Shown: positions 1 to 10,032 of the stretch, piece by piece
Layout: each line of letters opens with the position of its first letter
How positions within the stretch are numbered: position 1 is the stretch's first letter
Source of the DNA: Nitrososphaerota archaeon
GTDB taxonomy: Archaea > Thermoproteota > Nitrososphaeria_A > Caldarchaeales > Calditenuaceae
Direction: 5' to 3'
Length of the DNA: 64,000 nucleotides
Assembly: GCA_041641295.1 (NCBI GenBank)
Contig: JBEPYO010000001.1
Span: forward strand, 1,408,001 to 1,472,000
Program-made: the position numbers and the translations under genes
Notes under the pieces: model-generated
What the model saw: only the letters and a program-made list of their open reading frames with translations
The model's database searches: none
Told to the model about the DNA's origin: nothing

Positions 1-19
1 CTCTGACTCGAATAATTAG

Positions 20-691
20 CTACCTCCCCCTGGGATATATTACTCTAATGATGTTTGATATCTCCTCCATGTGGTCTGCTATTTCCTCAAGAATCTCCGC
101 GACCTCTCTGACAAGTATCATCTGAGGAAGTTTCAGCTTGCTTTGCAGTATCTCCACGTCAAAACCCCTATACAGCTCGTCAACGATCTTTTCATACTGC
201 TCTAGCTCGTCGAGCTTTTCGTGGAGGGCCGTAACCTGAAGCATCAGGGCCCTGAGACACTCTCTAAGCATCTCAGTCCCAGCATATACTTTTTCGGTCA
301 TCTGAGTTAGTCCCGTTATTGATACGTTGTCCAATCCCTTCAGCTTGTAGAGAGTTAGGGTTCTGTAGGCGGCTCCCTCAATTTTGTCGAGGATCTTGTC
401 GAGAAGGGCTATGACCCTTATGTACTCCGCCCTCTGAACTAAGAGGGCTCCATAACTCATAACCTGCTGCTCAGCGCTTCTTTTAAGACCTTTACACTCC
501 TCGTCTATCTTTAATATTTCGGAGAATCCTCTCTCGACGCTTTCTGGCGGGCCATTAGATACCAGGGATGAAAGCATCGAAGTGTATATCCGCATACAGT
601 TGTTGATCTTTAGGGTGTACTCATGTGTTATTTGGATAAGAACATTTTCAATATCGTCTTGGCGCGACTTAGTTACCATAAGTGTCCACAT
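20..691 (-). CDS. DUF47 / PhoU-like phosphate transport regulator
   Basis: 223 aa, all-helical, with two repeats of the E..xD...(L/I)E.IAD..E type (e.g. YEKIVDELYR ... ILEEIADHMEE) typical of DUF47. Confidence 0.7.
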   Translation of the reverse strand: MWTLMVTKSRQDDIENVLIQITHEYTLKINNCMRIYTSMLSSLVSNGPPESVERGFSEILKIDEECKGLKRSAEQQVMSYGALLVQRAEYIRVIALLDKILDKIEGAAYRTLTLYKLKGLDNVSITGLTQMTEKVYAGTEMLRECLRALMLQVTALHEKLDELEQYEKIVDELYRGFDVEILQSKLKLPQMILVREVAEILEEIADHMEEISNIIRVIYPRGR

Positions 692-718
692 ATAACGTGC
701 TCTCCTACTTTATAAAAA

Positions 719-1399
719 TTAACCCTCTCTCGTGCTCTCCTCCCAGCCCAAATACTCTCCTAGGGTGGGCATAACTCTGTCCAGAGTCCTCCAAGACCTC
801 CTAACCACGTCTGTGGGGCCTTTCTGCCTGACCAGCCTGTGTAGGAAGGCGAGGGTCTTGGGGTCTGAGGGATACCCTGAACCGATATCGCCCAAGATCT
901 TTGCTAGGTCAGATAGGGCTGCGTCGCGTATAACCTTCGCCACTATCGAGGCTGCTGCGACTACAGGGTATTCCTCATCTGCGTGGCACTGGCATAATAC
1001 CCTGACGCCGGCCAAGTGCTTGGATATTTTCGATCTTATTGGTTCTGTGTTTTTGGCGGGGCAGTCGACTATCAGGATATCTGGCTTAAGCGTCTTTGCG
1101 ATTGATATTATGGCCTCTATTTCTAGCGTGTTGATTCCGGGGCCTCCCCTCCTTCTAGTGTATGTGTCAATCCTCTGCGGCTCTATTATCTCTAACGTAT
1201 TCTCGATGCCATTAGAAGTGATCCAATTGTATAACTCCTCTCTGCGTTTTCTGGTCAGCTTTTTGGAGTCCTTAACACCCGCTTCCTCGAGCCGTTGGAT
1301 CATGTCTTCGCTTACTGCCACACCGGCCACGACTAGCGGGCCTAGAACCGCTCCACGACCCGCCTCATCCACACCAACAATCCTGCTTAGACTACTCAT
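719..1399 (-). CDS. rnhB: Ribonuclease HII
   Basis: GVDEAGRG, DSKKL, AAASIVAKV and GSGYPSDP motifs. Confidence 0.97.
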   Translation of the reverse strand: MSSLSRIVGVDEAGRGAVLGPLVVAGVAVSEDMIQRLEEAGVKDSKKLTRKRREELYNWITSNGIENTLEIIEPQRIDTYTRRRGGPGINTLEIEAIISIAKTLKPDILIVDCPAKNTEPIRSKISKHLAGVRVLCQCHADEEYPVVAAASIVAKVIRDAALSDLAKILGDIGSGYPSDPKTLAFLHRLVRQKGPTDVVRRSWRTLDRVMPTLGEYLGWEESTREG

Positions 1400-2078
1400 A
1401 CCTCGCCCTAACCATTACGTGGTCCTCCTCGTATGGGGCGAGGTTGACCGTCTCCAATACCTTGAGACCAGAGTCCTCCATGATCCTAATCTCTCTCCGA
1501 TAGATCTTTTCAGGCTCCTCCACGCTATCGATGCTCCGAGCCTTAATCGCTATCATGACCTCCCCACCCTTCTTTAGGAAGTGCTCCGCGTTCTCTATCA
1601 GTATCCTTGACTGGTCTGGCTGTGCAATGTCGCAGTAGATGACGTCGACGAGGTCTACTAGCCCGGCGTATCTCTCCGGCATTCTTGCGTCTGCGAACAC
1701 TGCTACCACGTTGGGTCGCCTGCGCACCACTCTCTCTATTAGCTGTGAGAGTACTCGGGGTGCGAATTCTACGGCGTAGGCGAAGCCCTCACGGCCTATG
1801 ATGTCTGAGACGTGGCTGAGTGTTGTGCCTGATGCTGCGCCGAGGTATAGGATTGTCTTACCTCTGCTAATCCCCCAGTCCTTTAAGCCGCATAGTATCG
1901 CGGCTGCAAGCTTGCTCCGAAACGGTACCCACTCCCTATACTCAGCCCCCATAACCTTGAAGAGCCTCTCTCCATATACGCTGAACCCCCGGTCAAGGTT
2001 CTCAGTTACGAGGAGCTTCTGGCCCTCAGTCCTATAGACGTAGACTCCCTCGAAGGGTGGGATTTTCTCGAGACTCAT
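1392..2078 (-). CDS. flpA: Fibrillarin, box C/D RNA-guided 2'-O-methyltransferase
   Basis: YREWVPFRSKLAAA, LYLGAASGTT, DIAQPDQ and KARSID motifs. Confidence 0.97.
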   Translation of the reverse strand: MSLEKIPPFEGVYVYRTEGQKLLVTENLDRGFSVYGERLFKVMGAEYREWVPFRSKLAAAILCGLKDWGISRGKTILYLGAASGTTLSHVSDIIGREGFAYAVEFAPRVLSQLIERVVRRRPNVVAVFADARMPERYAGLVDLVDVIYCDIAQPDQSRILIENAEHFLKKGGEVMIAIKARSIDSVEEPEKIYRREIRIMEDSGLKVLETVNLAPYEEDHVMVRARYE

Positions 2079-3247
2079 CTCCCCCGCCTCCTCTTACCGA
2101 CGGTTGGTTGGCGCGCCTTTACCGGTGGTGAGGGATATTTCTGTCTTATATCCTGAACCCTCTTCTCCAGCGCCGCCCTAAGCTCGGCAGACCTGTCCTC
2201 CCTAGAATGATAGTCTATTTTAGCGGCCAAAGCTATCTTTGTGGCAAGCGCCCTAGCTATTTTGCCGCGCTGCCACTTGGGGGAGCCGTGAACGTATGGG
2301 TGCTGGAAGATTACGCCATGTTTTGGTGCTCCCCTACCCGTCTTAAAGAATCTGAAAAGCGCCTTCTCAGCCCCTAAAACCTGTATAGTGCTTGCTGGCA
2401 GCCGTGCGAGGTTGTTAAGACCGCCAGCCAGGGAGATGAGTCTCGCACCCAGTACCGGGCCAGTGATGGCTGTCAGATTCGGCGCCTCAATATCCATGAG
2501 TGTCCTAATGTATTTCTCCAGAAAGTCCCGCTGCTTTGCTAGGGAGATGACTGTAGAGGCGACCTCCCATATAACCTTCTTATCCTGCTCGGCCAGCTCC
2601 ACACCAACGCTCCGCTGAGCCGCCTCCCAGACCTTTCTCGAGAGCTCAGAGCCCAGAGCCCCCCTCTGGGCGGCCTCCGATATCCCCTCCCTGTCCCTGT
2701 ACTCATAGACAATCTCCGCATATCTCACCGGGTCGCTGACATATTCGCGGAGCTCGGGAAAGTGTGTCCCAAACCACTCCATCAGTCTCGAGGCCGTCAT
2801 GTTAATTATCTTCTGGATGTCGTCAAGGTAGTTGACGGCCTGAACGATCATCATGTCTCTTCTCTGCACCGCGCTTCTAAGGGAATCCTCCACGATTTTC
2901 AGGGCGATTCTATGGACAGACTCCCTATACTGCTCAGACCCCTTGACGATGCCCAGAGAGGTTGCCAGCCGCTCCAAAGGCTCTGTTAGCCTAACCCTCT
3001 CAAACTCCACGCCCTGAAGCAGCTGAGAGAGAAGTGTGATGAGCTGTGGCGAATGGGTGTAAACCTTGCGAACCCCCTTATCGCTTATAATCTTTGCTAT
3101 CTCTTCTACTGGGGGGCAGCGCTCCCCCGAGAGGATGTGTGTGAGGTAGTTCCGCTCCGGTGTATCAATACTAACCGAGCCGCCCCATCCGTCACTGCTC
3201 CTGTAGATGATTGCGAGGGGCGTCAGATAGAGCTCTAGGCTCACCAT
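2075..3247 (-). CDS. nop5: Nop5 (Nop56/58) box C/D RNP protein
   Basis: APNL, PASTIQVLGAEKALFR and PKHGVIFQHP; overlaps the fibrillarin start. Confidence 0.96.
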   Translation of the reverse strand: MVSLELYLTPLAIIYRSSDGWGGSVSIDTPERNYLTHILSGERCPPVEEIAKIISDKGVRKVYTHSPQLITLLSQLLQGVEFERVRLTEPLERLATSLGIVKGSEQYRESVHRIALKIVEDSLRSAVQRRDMMIVQAVNYLDDIQKIINMTASRLMEWFGTHFPELREYVSDPVRYAEIVYEYRDREGISEAAQRGALGSELSRKVWEAAQRSVGVELAEQDKKVIWEVASTVISLAKQRDFLEKYIRTLMDIEAPNLTAITGPVLGARLISLAGGLNNLARLPASTIQVLGAEKALFRFFKTGRGAPKHGVIFQHPYVHGSPKWQRGKIARALATKIALAAKIDYHSREDRSAELRAALEKRVQDIRQKYPSPPVKARQPTVGKRRRGR

Positions 3248-3367
3248 CTACACCACTCCTCAGAGCGTGGTTCTGGGATTTAAACTCCCCAGCCTCGAGG
3301 AGTCGTGGAGGGCCGAGGAAAAATAGTTACACCTCAGAGTAATAGTATCCTCTGTGTGGGACTGGCC

Positions 3368-3931
3368 ATGGCATCGGTTGTTAAGGTTGTGACGACGAAT
3401 CCTGGTAAATGGGCTGAGCTGTCTGCCATGCTCTCCAGCCGAGGCATCCAGTGCGTATGGATTAGGGGGGAGACAAGGGAGATACAGTCCGACGACTTGG
3501 CCGAGATTGTGAAAGTCTCGGCCCATGAGGCTTATGATCGGTGGGGGGAGAATGTCTTGGTTGAGGACTCGGGGCTGTTTGTCCAAGCGCTCGGAGGGTT
3601 CCCGGGCCCCTACTCGTCCTACGTGTATAGGACAATCGGCCTCAGGGGTCTTCTCAAACTCTTAGAGGGGGTCTCTGATAGGGTGGCGCTGTTTAGGTCG
3701 GCTTTATGCTATGTGGAGGCGGGTGGAAAGCAGCTCATTTTTACAGGCGAGGTGAGGGGCATCATCGCATTGGGGGCGCGCGGGACAGGAGGCTTCGGCT
3801 TCGACCCAATATTCATCCCGGAGGAGGGCGACGGCAGAACCTTTGCCGAGATGACGTTAAGCGAGAAGAACCTTTACTCCCATAGGGCAAGGGCGCTCCA
3901 GGGTCTTCTCAGACACTTCGGCGTAACTTGA
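3368..3931 (+). CDS. rdgB: Non-canonical purine NTP pyrophosphatase (RdgB/HAM1 family)
   Basis: TTNPGK, EDSGL, GFPGPYS, GFGFDPIF and SHRARAL; start set at ATG 3368 (ORF open from 3305). Confidence 0.93.
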   Translation: MASVVKVVTTNPGKWAELSAMLSSRGIQCVWIRGETREIQSDDLAEIVKVSAHEAYDRWGENVLVEDSGLFVQALGGFPGPYSSYVYRTIGLRGLLKLLEGVSDRVALFRSALCYVEAGGKQLIFTGEVRGIIALGARGTGGFGFDPIFIPEEGDGRTFAEMTLSEKNLYSHRARALQGLLRHFGVT

Positions 3932-3932
3932 A

Positions 3933-4586
3933 CTATGGCGCGCCGCGCTCAACATATCTCGCACGAGCCCTTATCTCCTCTATCCTCTCCTCAATCTCCC
4001 TAAGCCTCGAACTACCCGCCACATCCTCATACCCGGCCTTCAAAGCCTCCATCATGTTTTTGGAGATGGAGGGGTGGGATGCGGCAACCCCCCTCTCAAA
4101 CAGGTGTACGTCCACTGCCTGCTCCTCAACATCGCTGGAGAAACCGCTCAGCCCAAAGTCAATCAAGATGGGCCTATCGCCTACAACCAGTACGTTGGAT
4201 GGGACGAAGTCTCCATGGTATATACCCGCCATGTGTAATCTGGCTAGAGAGGAGCCAAGCCTCCTAACTACTTGGCCCAAGCCCGAGTGATGTTCTGAGA
4301 GGAGTGCCCGCAGGTCGGGTCCATCAATGAACTGCATATAGATCGCTGACTCTTCCAAGTCTACGTGAATAATGGCTGGACATGTGACGCCCACCTCTTT
4401 GGCCCTTATCATTATCCTCGCCTCCCTTAGTGTCCGTGAGGTTCTAATCTCCCTGTCGAGTTGGGGGTGTCTGTAGGGCTTGGGTATCCTCTTCTTCTCG
4501 ACCAGTGTTAATCCCAGCCACGAGACCTTCCTGAGGACTGCCTCAGCCCCTATCTTTATCAAGCCCAGGTCCTGAATCTCTCTCAT
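3933..4586 (-). CDS. bud32: KEOPS kinase Bud32
   Basis: GAEA, KPYRHPQLD, HGDF..N, IDFGL and RARY; ATG at 4586 overlaps the kae1 stop (TGATG). Confidence 0.93.
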   Translation of the reverse strand: MREIQDLGLIKIGAEAVLRKVSWLGLTLVEKKRIPKPYRHPQLDREIRTSRTLREARIMIRAKEVGVTCPAIIHVDLEESAIYMQFIDGPDLRALLSEHHSGLGQVVRRLGSSLARLHMAGIYHGDFVPSNVLVVGDRPILIDFGLSGFSSDVEEQAVDVHLFERGVAASHPSISKNMMEALKAGYEDVAGSSRLREIEERIEEIRARARYVERGAP

Positions 4587-5575
4587 CACTGCCAGGCCAC
4601 CTCTGTCTCGTCTATCCTGAGCCTCGGCCTGACGATGCTCTGCTCTATCGCCGTGACTTGGCCGTGCTGGAGCATCTTGATACCGGTCCAAGCAATCATC
4701 GCACCATTATCGCCCAGATACTCGTCAGGTATTGGCCTGAACTCTGCTCCATGCGTCTTCACCATCTCCCCAACCATCTCCTGTAGACGCCTACTCCTCG
4801 CTAAGCCTCCGACTAGAAGTACCTCCTTCTTTAGAGTGAGGGCGAGGGCCCTTTCGAGAACCTCAGTCAGCATGGCATAGACAGCCTCGGTCACCGAGAG
4901 CGACACATCCTCCACCGGAACCCCTCCAGCCAGTAGCCTCTCAGCCGAGGTGAGAATCCCGGAGAAGGAGACGTCCATCCCCTTGACGTTGAAGGGCATG
5001 CTGTGGAGGTTCTTGCCGCGTCTTGCGTATTGTTCTGGGGCGGGCATAGGGCCTATCCCGGCCGCTATGCCGAAAGCGTCTAGACAGTTGCCGGCCGCAA
5101 TGTCTAGTGTCTCGCCCAAGATCCTGTAACGGCCTTCGTGCAGGGTTGTTACGAGGGTGTTACCGCCGGCGACGTATAGGACTACCGGGTCCCTAAAACC
5201 TGTGAGGAGCTTCCCAATCTCGATGTGCGCCACTCCATGGTTCACTGCTATTAAGGGGCGTCCTAGCCTCAGGGCAAGAGCCCGCGCAAGGGTAGCGCCT
5301 GTCCTGAGACATGGCCCCAGACCTGGGCCGTAGGAGAATGCCACAGCGTCTATCTCGGGGATGGTTACTCCCGCCTTTCTCAGCGCCCTCTCCAATACTT
5401 GATGGGCGACAGATGCGTGGTGTTGGGCCGCCTCTCGGGGATGAATCCCGCCCCTTAGTGGTCTATAGGTCTCGAGCTCGTTTGCGAGGATGCGGCCGCT
5501 GGAGGCCACTACCCCCACACCGATGGTATGGGCGGTCGACTCAATCCCCAAGCAGACTAGTTCTCCTTCTCGCAC
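4586..5575 (-). CDS. kae1: KEOPS t6A37 threonylcarbamoyltransferase Kae1
   Basis: GIESTAHT, GGIHPREAA, GPGLGPCL, NHGVAH and DNGAMIA. Confidence 0.97.
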   Translation of the reverse strand: MREGELVCLGIESTAHTIGVGVVASSGRILANELETYRPLRGGIHPREAAQHHASVAHQVLERALRKAGVTIPEIDAVAFSYGPGLGPCLRTGATLARALALRLGRPLIAVNHGVAHIEIGKLLTGFRDPVVLYVAGGNTLVTTLHEGRYRILGETLDIAAGNCLDAFGIAAGIGPMPAPEQYARRGKNLHSMPFNVKGMDVSFSGILTSAERLLAGGVPVEDVSLSVTEAVYAMLTEVLERALALTLKKEVLLVGGLARSRRLQEMVGEMVKTHGAEFRPIPDEYLGDNGAMIAWTGIKMLQHGQVTAIEQSIVRPRLRIDETEVAWQ

Positions 5576-5621
5576 CCTTAAGATATCTTCGAAGTTGAGA
5601 CTTATAGATGCGACCCCACTA

Positions 5622-6284
5622 CTACCCTAGGACCGCCCCGACGTATTTGAGGACTGTCTCCTTAGCCTCCGCCAGCGTTGACTGCGCCACACCCGGCACA
5701 CCACACACCACAATTATCGCCGACTTGGTGGAGCTGTCTGTCTTCGAGTGTTCAGAGTCTCGATACGGATATATCGACAGGACCGCAGCCTCATCCCTCA
5801 GAACCACTTCCCTTCCCTCCAGAACAATCTCCTTCTCCATGCCTATTCCCCGGAAGCGCTCCCCACGCCTACTCCATGTCAGACTGAGCTGGCCGAAGAC
5901 CTTCGAGTCGTCGTAGGCAGCCATGGTTACACCCGTCTTTGCCGAGGCTAGGTTGTAGAGGTCCACGAGGGGGTTTATGCGGGGGAACCCTCGGCCCAGC
6001 AGGATGCGCCTGACGAGGGCCTCAGAAGATGGCCTCATCTTAGTTGGGTCAATGCCTATCCGCCAGAAGAAATCCCTGTAGGCGCGAAATATTGGAACAT
6101 CCTTCAACGTCTCCAAGCTATAGCTCCGCCTAACCTCGTCAACAACCTCATCTATGAGCTGCTCAATCCGCCCACTTCCTCTAGAGAGATCCAGCCCCCC
6201 GAGCCTGAAGGCGAGGACAGATATTCCTGGGAAGCTTTCAGCGAGGCTGGGCTCAACCCACACATGAACATCCTCAACCTGCAT
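5622..6284 (-). CDS. Stand-alone B3/B4 (PheRS beta-like) tRNA editing domain protein
   Basis: YRDFFWRIGIDPTKMRPSSEALVRR and INPLVDLYN motifs. Confidence 0.88.
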   Translation of the reverse strand: MQVEDVHVWVEPSLAESFPGISVLAFRLGGLDLSRGSGRIEQLIDEVVDEVRRSYSLETLKDVPIFRAYRDFFWRIGIDPTKMRPSSEALVRRILLGRGFPRINPLVDLYNLASAKTGVTMAAYDDSKVFGQLSLTWSRRGERFRGIGMEKEIVLEGREVVLRDEAAVLSIYPYRDSEHSKTDSSTKSAIIVVCGVPGVAQSTLAEAKETVLKYVGAVLG

Positions 6285-6348
6285 TGGCTAACCATGGTTT
6301 AGGATTTCAGATTTATGTAGCTTTGTTGCAAGGTAGTGTGGGGCAGGG

Positions 6349-7560
6349 TTGGAGAAGAGTGGGGTCAGGGAAGGTGCATTCAGATTCATCTCGCTTACAG
6401 AGCAACATGCGGGTAGGCCTCCCTACCTAGTAGCCTCCGCGCCGGGACGCATGGACTTCCTCAACACACACCAAGACTACAAAGGACTCCCCGTAGTGCC
6501 AATAGCGGTCAACCTTAGGACCTACATAGGTGTGGTCGGGAAGCGCCCCGATACCTTCAGGGTGCAAAGCCTAACGCTCAAGGAGCGGGGCGAGGAGTAC
6601 GTCGACGAGTTCAGTGTCAAGGATCCTCCTCTGGTGGGAGGGGGGTGGTTTGGCGACTATCTGAGAGCTGTTGTGAAGGTGATTAACGAGAGGATTGGAG
6701 GGGCTTCTATCGGCGGCGACATCGTGGTCCATAGCGACGTACCTATTGGGAGCGGCCTAGCAAGTAGCGCGGCCTTGGAGGTGGCGTTCGCAGAGTTCCT
6801 CAACAACTATTGGGCCCTGAACCTCGAGAAGGTGGATCTGGCCGAGATATGCTTCAGGGCTGAGAAAGAAGTCATGGGAATACCCTGCGGGAGGCTGGAC
6901 CAGTACAGTGCAGCCCTCGGCGGAGCAATCCTCCTCTACCCCAGACCGCCTGTGAGATACGAGACTCTCCAGATCGGTGATGTCAGCCTGGTAGCCGTAG
7001 ACTCGGGAATAAGGCACAGCGTCAGCAGCATACACCCTGTCAGGCAGAGGGAGCTGAACGAGGGACTTGAGGCGCTCAGAGGCATGGACATAAGCCCAAG
7101 GCTTAAGGAGCTTCTGGGAGAGAGTTTTGACAATACTAGATGGGAGGAGCTGACATACGACGAGCTGCTCCCATACCTCTCACGCCTAGGCGACAAGCCG
7201 GCCAAAAGGATAGCCTACACGCTACTGGCCAACGAGTCGACCAAAAGAGCCCTCGAACTAATGCGGAAAGGGTCAAAAGACCCATCCCAGCTCGCCCGCA
7301 TAATCAATGAGCAGCACGAGCTTCTCCGAGACCTATACGACGTAAGCCTGCCAGAGCTGGAGAGGATCAGGGACGCAATGCTGGAGAACGGGGCCTTAGG
7401 CGTGAAGATAAGCGGAGCAGGGCTGGGCGGCTGCCTCATAGCCCTCTGCAGGGATGCTGAGTCTTCAAGATCGGCGCTTGAGGCTGCTTTGGCCGCAGGT
7501 GCGGTCAAGGGCTGGCGGTTAAGAATAGATAGTGGGTCAACTCTTGACTACACCGAATGA
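6349..7560 (+). CDS. galK: Galactokinase (GHMP kinase)
   Basis: APGR.D..H.DY, P.GSGLASSAA, CGRLDQ and GAGLGG; adjacent to galT. Confidence 0.88.
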   Translation: MEKSGVREGAFRFISLTEQHAGRPPYLVASAPGRMDFLNTHQDYKGLPVVPIAVNLRTYIGVVGKRPDTFRVQSLTLKERGEEYVDEFSVKDPPLVGGGWFGDYLRAVVKVINERIGGASIGGDIVVHSDVPIGSGLASSAALEVAFAEFLNNYWALNLEKVDLAEICFRAEKEVMGIPCGRLDQYSAALGGAILLYPRPPVRYETLQIGDVSLVAVDSGIRHSVSSIHPVRQRELNEGLEALRGMDISPRLKELLGESFDNTRWEELTYDELLPYLSRLGDKPAKRIAYTLLANESTKRALELMRKGSKDPSQLARIINEQHELLRDLYDVSLPELERIRDAMLENGALGVKISGAGLGGCLIALCRDAESSRSALEAALAAGAVKGWRLRIDSGSTLDYTE

Positions 7561-8558
7561 GCATAAACGAGATTCGCTGGCACCCACTGCTAGGCACGTG
7601 GGTCATAGTCGCGAGTGGCAGAGCAACTAGGCCTTGGAGGGATGCGAAGTGCCCATTTTGCCCAGGATCCCCCGAGACTGGACATGGCTGGGATGTCATA
7701 TCACTTGACAATAGATACCCCTCTCTCTCAACAACGCCAACGGTCTCGACCAACCCCCCGAGCTTCTCAAAACTCGAGCCAGGCTATGGCAGGTGTAAGG
7801 TAGTTATAGAGACGCCGGAGCATGAGGGCGACCTCGACACAATTCCCTTCAAAAACCTCGTCAAATACGTGGACATACTAGGGCGCGAGACAGAAGAGCT
7901 GGGCAGAGACCCGGGCATTAAATATGTAGCTCCCTTTAGGAATAAGGGCGAGCTTATAGGCGTGTCAATCCATCACCCACACTCGCAGATATACGCCCTC
8001 CCATTCATACCGCTCAGGATTGAGAGGGAGCTGGAGTCCATGTCCAACTACCATAGGGAGAGGGGGTCTTGCCTAGTCTGCGACATAGTCAAGGAAGAGG
8101 AGAGAGGTGAAAGGATACTGTATTCAAACAGGGACTTCATTCTGATCCTCCCGTTCTACGCACAGTGGCCCCACGAGTGCCACATCTATCCTAGGAGGCA
8201 CTTCCAGCTCCTCTCAGAACTAAGTGGAGAGGAGAAGGAGAATCTAGCGGACACACTAGCAGTCGCCGTCTCGATGTATAACTCCCTCTTCAGCTTCAGC
8301 CTCCCCTACATGATGGTCACCCACCAAGCACCCGTGAAAGGGCACTACCCCCATTACCACCTCCACATCGAGTTCTACACAATCCACCGATACGCCGACA
8401 AGCTGAAGTACGCGGCCGGGATCGAATGGGGATACTGGGCCTTCACATACGACGAACTCCAAGAAAACCGCGTAAAAGAACTCAAACAGGCACTGCAGAG
8501 AGGCATCAAAAAGCTGGAGGAGCGAGGGTACTCCCCACAAGGAGAGCCACACTTCTAA
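7557..8558 (+). CDS. galT: Galactose-1-phosphate uridylyltransferase
   Basis: RW.PL.G.WV, CPFCPG, NRYP and the catalytic HPH (HHPHSQ). Confidence 0.93.
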   Translation: MSINEIRWHPLLGTWVIVASGRATRPWRDAKCPFCPGSPETGHGWDVISLDNRYPSLSTTPTVSTNPPSFSKLEPGYGRCKVVIETPEHEGDLDTIPFKNLVKYVDILGRETEELGRDPGIKYVAPFRNKGELIGVSIHHPHSQIYALPFIPLRIERELESMSNYHRERGSCLVCDIVKEEERGERILYSNRDFILILPFYAQWPHECHIYPRRHFQLLSELSGEEKENLADTLAVAVSMYNSLFSFSLPYMMVTHQAPVKGHYPHYHLHIEFYTIHRYADKLKYAAGIEWGYWAFTYDELQENRVKELKQALQRGIKKLEERGYSPQGEPHF

Positions 8559-8638
8559 AGCTCAATAGCAACGTTCAGGACGGAGCCAGCGCCACATCGA
8601 GAACTATTTATCACCGGGTAAGTAGCGTCTGGGCTGAG

Positions 8639-9304
8639 ATGGACCTAGTCCGGCTAAGGAGTCGTCTAAGCCAGCTCTACGTACCAGCAGTTGCGGACAT
8701 CCTAGACGACATGGGATACACTGAGCAGGTTATGAAAGGCAACCTCCGTCCCCTCTACAGCGATGTTAAGTTATGCGGCCCCGCAGTAACGGTCTCAACG
8801 TACTGGTATTCAACCTACAGGAGGGGTGAGAGGAACATAGAGTCGCTAGCAGCTATCTTCGACTCCTGTTATAATGGATGCGTAGTCGTCGTGGCGTGTG
8901 GAGGAAACATGGGAGCCGCATGCTGGGGCGAACTAATGTCCAACGCCGCTAGGGCACGGGGAGCAGTCGGAGCCGTAGTCGACGGAGCTATTAGGGACGT
9001 CCCAAAAATCCTCGAGATAAACCCGCCATTCCAAGTATACTCGGCCGGCTTCACACCGGCAGACTCAAAGGGACGCGTAGAATTCTCAGAGACTGAAGTA
9101 GAGATCGTCTGCGGAGGAGTTAGAATAAGGCCAGGAGACATAGTCTACGGCGACTACGACGGCGTCGTAGTAATACCCAAACAAGTAGTGTGGGAGGTCC
9201 TAGAGGAGGCTGAGAAAAAAGTCGAAAAGGAGGCCGAGTTCCGGAAGTCCATCAGACAAGGCATGAACTTCAGAGAAGCAGTGCAAAGATACAAGGTCGT
9301 CTAG
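8639..9304 (+). CDS. RraA / HMG-CHA aldolase family protein
   Basis: GPAVTV, WGELM, DGAIRD and PGDIVYGDYDGVVVIP; ATG 8639 follows TATA-like TATTTAT. Confidence 0.85.
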   Translation: MDLVRLRSRLSQLYVPAVADILDDMGYTEQVMKGNLRPLYSDVKLCGPAVTVSTYWYSTYRRGERNIESLAAIFDSCYNGCVVVVACGGNMGAACWGELMSNAARARGAVGAVVDGAIRDVPKILEINPPFQVYSAGFTPADSKGRVEFSETEVEIVCGGVRIRPGDIVYGDYDGVVVIPKQVVWEVLEEAEKKVEKEAEFRKSIRQGMNFREAVQRYKVV

Positions 9305-9312
9305 GGGCTGAA

Positions 9313-9386
9313 AGCCTCGGGCGGGATTTGAACCCGCGACCCCCGGCTTACCAAGCCGGTGCTCCACCCGGCTGAGCTACCGAGGC
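9313..9386 (-). tRNA. tRNA-Thr(GGT)
   Basis: Reverse complement folds as a cloverleaf: GCCTCGG acceptor stem, CCGGC-TT-GGT-AA-GCCGG anticodon arm, GGTTCAAATCC T-arm. Confidence 0.96.
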
Positions 9387-9467
9387 ACACTTCCAATACC
9401 GAGAGATCGTGAATTTAGGTTTTAAGTGTTCTGTAGCCAATTTCGGATTCAATGTGTCGCCGATTTA

Positions 9468-9917
9468 CTACTGCGTTTTACGTCTCAATTTAAGCGCTGG
9501 TCTATGGAATCTCTCCCTCGCCACTGCTAAGTTAAGTAGGGCGGCTGAAAAATAGAACCAGAAAACTTGAGGGGCGTCAACCTCGTTCCATGGACACCTA
9601 CAAAATGAGAACGTTAGTAGAAGATTAGTGGCTATTGCAAATCCTATTAAGGCAGCAATCCTTGGATAAAGGCCCAGAATAATCATCACACCGATTACCG
9701 TTTCCATGATGGTGATGAATAATGTAAGTAGTTCCCAGTGGGGCAACAGTATTCTCAGAAGGTCGCCGTAAATTGGCAGGTAATTCCCCATTGCTGCAGT
9801 CTGCAAGAGTTCTTTTACCCAAGCCCTACTTATCCATCTCTGGCTTGAAAAGAACAGCCAAAACCCTCCTACCGTCAACCTCAATATGATGGACCAGACT
9901 ATGATGGAGACAGACAA
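9468..9917 (-). CDS. DoxX/DoxD-like membrane protein
   Basis: About 4 TM segments, LRLTVG..W near the N-terminus, E..IG...LG..R.A pattern. Confidence 0.65.
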   Translation of the reverse strand: MSVSIIVWSIILRLTVGGFWLFFSSQRWISRAWVKELLQTAAMGNYLPIYGDLLRILLPHWELLTLFITIMETVIGVMIILGLYPRIAALIGFAIATNLLLTFSFCRCPWNEVDAPQVFWFYFSAALLNLAVARERFHRPALKLRRKTQ

Positions 9918-10032
9918 GTCTTATTCAGCTATCCGCCATTCTTATTTAAGAATAATTAAGAATTTATGAGCTATAAATGGCTTGGTGTAGCTAAGCAATT
10001 TTTATAAAGGGTCCTCAGGCGAGATTCACAAC

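Noticed and set aside
732-1577. 281-aa plus-strand ORF and many similar short ORFs in the track
   Set aside because: Antisense or out-of-frame shadows of well-supported genes, with no recognisable motifs.
8426-8638. Long N-terminal extension of the RraA ORF overlapping galT
   Set aside because: The extension is non-homologous-looking; a TATA-like element and ATG at 8639 give a better start.
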